Below are positions 59,682 to 64,000 of a stretch of DNA of 64,000 bases, piece by piece. The DNA comes from Candidatus Microbacterium stercoravium (GTDB taxonomy: Bacteria; Actinomycetota; Actinomycetes; Actinomycetales; Microbacteriaceae). The position numbers and the translations under genes were made by a program. The notes under the pieces are model-generated. The model saw only the letters and a list, made by a program, of their open reading frames with translations, was not told the origin of the DNA and made no database searches. Where the stretch lies: positions 49,092 to 113,091 of the forward strand of contig DXAM01000140.1 of the NCBI GenBank assembly GCA_019117025.1, written 5' to 3'. The stretch's first letter is position 1. The number at the start of each line of letters is the position of its first letter.

Positions 59682-62471
59682 ATGCCCGCCCCAGTTCACG
59701 TCGTGCTCGTCACGCGTTCCTCCCCCTCCGCCGCGGCCCGGATCGTGCGCGCCCTCGCGGCGCTCGATGCGCAGACGAAGCGCGCGGACTCCCTCACGAT
59801 CGTGGTGTGCGGCGATCCCGCTCCCGTGCGGCAGGTGATCGACGCATCGTCGGCGACGGCCGCCGTCACGGTCGCCGAGCGGGCGACCTTCGCCGCGGCC
59901 GTCGAGGCCGCGATCGACCGCGTGCCCGCCGGATCCCATGCGTGGCTGCTCGATGACGGCTCCATCCCCGAGCCGAACGCGCTCGCCGACCTCACGGCCG
60001 CGCTCGAACGCCAGCCGTCGGTCGCCGTCGCGGCGCCCAAGCTCGTTCAGGCCGCCGACCGCCGCCGCATCGAATCGTTCGGCGTGACGATGACGACGTG
60101 GGGCCGCACCGTCGAACTCGCGCGCGGCGAATACGACCAGGGGCAGCACGACCACGCCGACGACGTGCTCGGCGCCGATGCGCGGGGCATGCTGCTGCGG
60201 CACGACGTCGTGCGCGACCTCGTGCCCGACCGCGCGCTCGCCGGAATCGACGAGGGCCTCGACATCGGCGTGCGCGCCCGTCTCGGCGGGCGTCGCCTCG
60301 CCCTCGCGCCCCGCGCGCGCATCGCCGTGTGGCCCGCGCATCGCGCCAGCCTCGCGCACGCCTACGCGTCCCGTGTGGCCCGGCTCCACCGGCGCCTCGC
60401 GTACGCGCATCCGGGGCTGGTCGTCCTCCAATGGCTGCTCCTGCTGCCGCTCGCCCTCTGGGCGACCGTGATGGCGCTGTTCGCGAAGCTGCCCGGTCGG
60501 GTCGCGCCCGAGTGGACGGCCGCGGTCACGGTGCTGGTGCGCATCCCCTCGATCGTGCGATCGCGATCGCGCGTGCGCCGATTCCGCACCGGATCGTGGA
60601 CGCAGGTCGATCCGCTGCGCCTGACGCGCGCCGAGCGGCGCGCGCACCAGCATGCCTCCGACGACACCCGTGCGCCCGTGCGCGCGCCGCTGCGGTTCTT
60701 CTCCGGCGGCGGCGCCTGGGCCGTGCTCGCGTCGCTCGTCGCGAGCGTCGGGGCGTTCATCGCGCTGCTGACCTGGCCGGCGATCTCGGGCGGCGCGCTC
60801 CTGCCGCTGCGCGGCACGGTGGCCGGTCTGTGGTCGGACGCGCTCTCCGGGCTGCGCCCCGAGGGCATCGATCAGGTCGCGCCCGCGGACCCCTTCTCGG
60901 CAGTCGTCGCGCTCGTCGGATCCGTGTGGCCCGCCGCCCCGTCGTACGCGCTCGTGCTGCTGTGGCTGCTCGCCGTTCCGCTCGCCGTGCTCGGCGGCTG
61001 GTTCGCCGCGACCCGGGTCGCCGACGGGGCGGCCGCCCGCATCGCGCTCGCCCTGCTGTGGGGAGCGGCGCCGCCGCTCTGGATCGCGCTCGCGGAAGGG
61101 CGACCGGCCGCCGTGCTCGTGCACCTGCTGCTGCCGTGGTTCGCGTTCTGCGGGGCCGCCGCCCACCGCGCGTGGACGACGGCCGGTGCCGCCTCGCTGC
61201 TGCTCGCCGCCGTGCTCGCGTGCGCGCCGTCGCTCGCCCCCGCCGCGTTCGTCCTGTGGACCGGGGCGCTGATCGCGACCATCTGCCTGCGGCGCCGCGG
61301 GATCGCGCGCATCGTGTGGCTCATCGTGCCCTCGCTGGCGATGTTCTTCCCGCTCGCCGCCGCGCAGATCGATCGCGGAACGGGGTGGGCGCTGTTCGCC
61401 GATCCCGGCGCCACCGAGCCGTTCGCGCACGGCCAGCCCTGGTCGGTCGCGGCCGGGTTCGTCGACCTGTCGGCGTGGCCCCACCTGCTCGCGGATCTCG
61501 GGATCGCGGCCGAGCAGACGCCGTGGGTCCCCCTGCTCGTCGTGCCGGTCGCGGTGCTCGCGCTCATCGCCCCCGCGACGCGGCGCACTTGGGCTGCCGT
61601 CACCGCGCTCGCCGTGGCGGCGCTCGGCAGCGCGTCGGCCGTCGCGGCCCTCGGCGCCCATCTCGTGTTCGCGAACGGCGAGCCCGTGCCGGTGTGGCCA
61701 GGAAGCGCCCTGAGCCTCGGCTGGCTGGGCCTCGGGCTCGCGGCCGCGGTGACCGTCGACGCTCTGCGCCGCCCCGCGGTGCGCCGGCTCGCGGCCGCCG
61801 TCGCGGTGGTCGCCGTCGTCATCGCGGTGGCCCCGCAGGTGACGTCGCTGCACCGCGGCGCGACGCCGCTCGCGTCCGGGGAATCGACGACGCTGCCGGC
61901 GTACGTGCAGGCCGAGGCGACCGGCGATCGCGAGATCGGCACGCTCGTCGTCGAGCCGCTCGCGAACGGATCCGCCGAGGCGCGCGTGGTCTGGGGCGCG
62001 AGCGAGACGCTCGGCGGTGCATCGACGCTCGCGAACTCGGCCGTCGCCGTGTCGGGCGACGATGAGTGGCTCGCGGACGTCGCGGCCAGCGTGATCTCGG
62101 GAAGCTCCGATGCGATCACGGGCCCGCTCGCTGACGCGGGCGTGTCGTTCGTCCTGCTCCGGCAGAGCGGCGCGCCCCGGACCAGCGATCAGCGCGTCAT
62201 GGCGCTCACGGCACAGGCCTCGATGGACCAGCGCGCCGGCTTCGTGCGCGTCGGCGAGACCGCGCGCGGCGTGCTCTGGCGCGTCGACGGCGAGCCGTCG
62301 GAGCGCGACGGTCTCACGGGATCCGACAGCACGGCGGCCTGGACGGTCGGCGCCGCGCAGGCGGCAGTCATCCTCGCGGCGCTGCTGCTGGCGATCTCGA
62401 CGCGCCGCACCCGGGACGAGGCGCGCCTCGCGCCCCGCACGATCGGCGACGAGCGGAAGGACGCATCATGA
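59682..62471 (+). CDS. Glycosyltransferase family 2 domain fused to a large polytopic membrane domain
   Basis: 929 aa. N-terminal roughly 250 aa are GT2-like (VHVVLVTRSS..., WLLDDGS), followed by more than 12 hydrophobic segments and a C-terminal extracytoplasmic region. Confidence 0.75.
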   Translation: MPAPVHVVLVTRSSPSAAARIVRALAALDAQTKRADSLTIVVCGDPAPVRQVIDASSATAAVTVAERATFAAAVEAAIDRVPAGSHAWLLDDGSIPEPNALADLTAALERQPSVAVAAPKLVQAADRRRIESFGVTMTTWGRTVELARGEYDQGQHDHADDVLGADARGMLLRHDVVRDLVPDRALAGIDEGLDIGVRARLGGRRLALAPRARIAVWPAHRASLAHAYASRVARLHRRLAYAHPGLVVLQWLLLLPLALWATVMALFAKLPGRVAPEWTAAVTVLVRIPSIVRSRSRVRRFRTGSWTQVDPLRLTRAERRAHQHASDDTRAPVRAPLRFFSGGGAWAVLASLVASVGAFIALLTWPAISGGALLPLRGTVAGLWSDALSGLRPEGIDQVAPADPFSAVVALVGSVWPAAPSYALVLLWLLAVPLAVLGGWFAATRVADGAAARIALALLWGAAPPLWIALAEGRPAAVLVHLLLPWFAFCGAAAHRAWTTAGAASLLLAAVLACAPSLAPAAFVLWTGALIATICLRRRGIARIVWLIVPSLAMFFPLAAAQIDRGTGWALFADPGATEPFAHGQPWSVAAGFVDLSAWPHLLADLGIAAEQTPWVPLLVVPVAVLALIAPATRRTWAAVTALAVAALGSASAVAALGAHLVFANGEPVPVWPGSALSLGWLGLGLAAAVTVDALRRPAVRRLAAAVAVVAVVIAVAPQVTSLHRGATPLASGESTTLPAYVQAEATGDREIGTLVVEPLANGSAEARVVWGASETLGGASTLANSAVAVSGDDEWLADVAASVISGSSDAITGPLADAGVSFVLLRQSGAPRTSDQRVMALTAQASMDQRAGFVRVGETARGVLWRVDGEPSERDGLTGSDSTAAWTVGAAQAAVILAALLLAISTRRTRDEARLAPRTIGDERKDAS

Positions 62472-63853
62472 CGCGGCGCACGATGAGGGTCGCGGCGGGT
62501 GCCGCCGCGGGTCTGGTGCTCGCGGCGTGCGCCGTGGGAGCGGGCCTCGCACCGTGGCCGGCCGTATCGCCGACGGGCGCGGGAGCGGCCGCGGCGCCCA
62601 CGGTCGATGTGACGCCCGCCGCCGGGCGCACCGTGCTCGCGTGCGACGGGCCGCTGCTGGCGCTCGGCCGCGATGCCGCCGATGCCTCGCGTCTCGATGC
62701 CGCGGCCGACATGGTCACGACAGCGGGCGCCGCGTCCGGCGACGGCCCCGTTGAAGACGTCGACCTCGAGCTGCCCGATGTCGGAACCGCCGCGAGCGTG
62801 ACGCAGGACGCCGACGACGGCGCGCCGGTCTCGGTCGCCGCCGCGGCGTCGGCATCGCTGGAGCAGGACGATCTGCGCGGCTACGCGGCCTCGTCGTGCC
62901 GCCCGGGAAGCCCCGAGTCGTGGATCGCGGGGGCGGCCGTGAAGACGGGCACCACCGACGTGCTGGTGATCGCGAACCCCAGCGACGTGACGGCGAGCGT
63001 CACGCTGTCGGTCTACGGCGTCGACGGGCGGATGACGCCCGCGGGCGCCGAGATCGCCGTGCCCGCCCGCGAGCAGCGGGCCGTGCCGGTGGCGAGCCTC
63101 GCCGGTGGCGAAGAGACCCCGGTGATCCGCGTGGTGGCTGAGGGGGCTCCGGTGCGGTCGACGCTGCAATCCTCCGCGACCCGCACGCTCGACGCGTACG
63201 GCGTCGACCTCCAGCCGGGCGTGAGCCCGACGCGGGAGGCCGTCGTCTCGCACGTGCACGTCACCCAGCGCGCCGCCGCAGCCGGCGAGGACCCCACGCA
63301 GGTGCGCGTGCTCGGCACGTCGGGCGAGGCGGGGGCGGTCGAGATCGATGTCGTGGAGGAGGACACCGGCGAGTCGGTGTTCACGACGACCGCCGAGTTC
63401 GAGGCCGACGTGCCCGTGAGCGTCGGCTTCGACGGCCTCGAAGCCGGCAATTACGCGGTGCGCATGTCGAGCCCCACGCCGTTCGTCTCCGCAGTGCGCC
63501 AGGCCGCGAGCGACGACTACGCCTGGTTCGCGCCGGGCGAGCCCCTGACGGGCGAGGCGCTCGTCGCGGCTCCCGCGAGCCCGATCGGCACCGTCGCTCT
63601 GAGCTTCGCGGCGCTCGGCGACGAGGGCGCCTCCGTCGAGATCGCCCCGCTGTCGGGCGGTGACGCGCAGACCATCGACCTCGAGGCGGGGCGCGCTGAC
63701 ACGATCAGCGTGCCGGCCGAGCAGACCTATCGCGTGTCGGTGCGCAGCGGTGCGGTATCCGGCATGGCGAGCGTCGGCGTCGACGGATCCATCGGGGGCT
63801 TCCCGATCGCCTCCGATCCCGCGGCGCCGGAACCGGTGACGATCGTCCCCTGA
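62468..63853 (+). CDS. Secreted/lipoprotein-like protein, DUF5719-like by context
   Basis: ATGA overlap with the upstream gene. Signal or anchor MTRRTMRVAAGAAAGLVLAACAVGAG, Ala/Val/Thr-rich beta-type sequence. The family name is from recollection of the conserved gene pair. Confidence 0.65.
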   Translation: MTRRTMRVAAGAAAGLVLAACAVGAGLAPWPAVSPTGAGAAAAPTVDVTPAAGRTVLACDGPLLALGRDAADASRLDAAADMVTTAGAASGDGPVEDVDLELPDVGTAASVTQDADDGAPVSVAAAASASLEQDDLRGYAASSCRPGSPESWIAGAAVKTGTTDVLVIANPSDVTASVTLSVYGVDGRMTPAGAEIAVPAREQRAVPVASLAGGEETPVIRVVAEGAPVRSTLQSSATRTLDAYGVDLQPGVSPTREAVVSHVHVTQRAAAAGEDPTQVRVLGTSGEAGAVEIDVVEEDTGESVFTTTAEFEADVPVSVGFDGLEAGNYAVRMSSPTPFVSAVRQAASDDYAWFAPGEPLTGEALVAAPASPIGTVALSFAALGDEGASVEIAPLSGGDAQTIDLEAGRADTISVPAEQTYRVSVRSGAVSGMASVGVDGSIGGFPIASDPAAPEPVTIVP

Positions 63854-63861
63854 CCGCGGGC

Positions 63862-64000
63862 TCAGTGGAACGGGTCGACGCCCAGATCCCACGGGTCGCG
63901 ACCGAGGTAGTCGGCGGCCGCGCGGTACACGGCGCCCTCTGCGAGGATGCGCTTGTGATAGTCGTCGGTGCGGTGCATCAGCTGCCCGTGCGCGCGGTCG
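63862..64000 (-). CDS. C-terminal fragment of an unidentified protein (gene continues beyond the right edge)
   Basis: My minus-strand translation gives DRAHGQLMHRTDDYHKRILAEGAVYRAAADYLGRDPWDLGVDPFH, with stop at 63864-63862. Codon usage looks coding. No family recognised. Confidence 0.4.
   Translation of the reverse strand, partial: DRAHGQLMHRTDDYHKRILAEGAVYRAAADYLGRDPWDLGVDPFH

Overview
Very GC-rich actinobacterial chromosome segment. Gene order and protein signatures suggest a Micrococcales/Microbacteriaceae-like organism, but the taxon is inference. No rRNA, tRNA, CRISPR array, transposase or integrase was seen.

Three blocks:
(1) 1-18.6 kb is housekeeping. It holds a mannitol-type PTS operon (mtlA, ptsI, ptsH, a small EIIB) with a divergent PRD-domain regulator. 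It is followed by a phosphosugar mutase with purine nucleoside phosphorylase, an Lpd-like flavoprotein, an acyl-CoA carboxylase set (AccA3-like, AccD5-like, epsilon subunit, BirA), Maf, a TRAM methyltransferase, and purK-purE. This order mirrors the M. tuberculosis Rv3308-Rv3275c neighbourhood.
(2) About 18.6-58 kb is a large cell-wall glycopolymer locus: an LCP ligase, two Wzm/Wzt ABC exporters, Ugd, Glf, GlfT1-like and GlfT2-like galactofuranosyltransferases, at least six further glycosyltransferases, two pyruvyl transferases, three AT3-SGNH O-acyltransferases, an LbH acetyltransferase and two O-antigen-ligase-like membrane proteins. Also inside it are an ATP-grasp/CocE-NonD hydrolase pair, a secreted LGFP-repeat protein, and a DUF222-HNH endonuclease gene preceded by a near-consensus LexA SOS box.
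(3) 58-64 kb carries manA, a WhiB-family regulator, and a GT2-polytopic membrane fusion coupled to a DUF5719-like protein.

Many genes appear leaderless: an A2/T6 -10 hexamer sits exactly 6-7 nt before the start codon. Most long Arg/Pro/His-rich ORFs in the six-frame track are GC-driven shadow frames and were not called.
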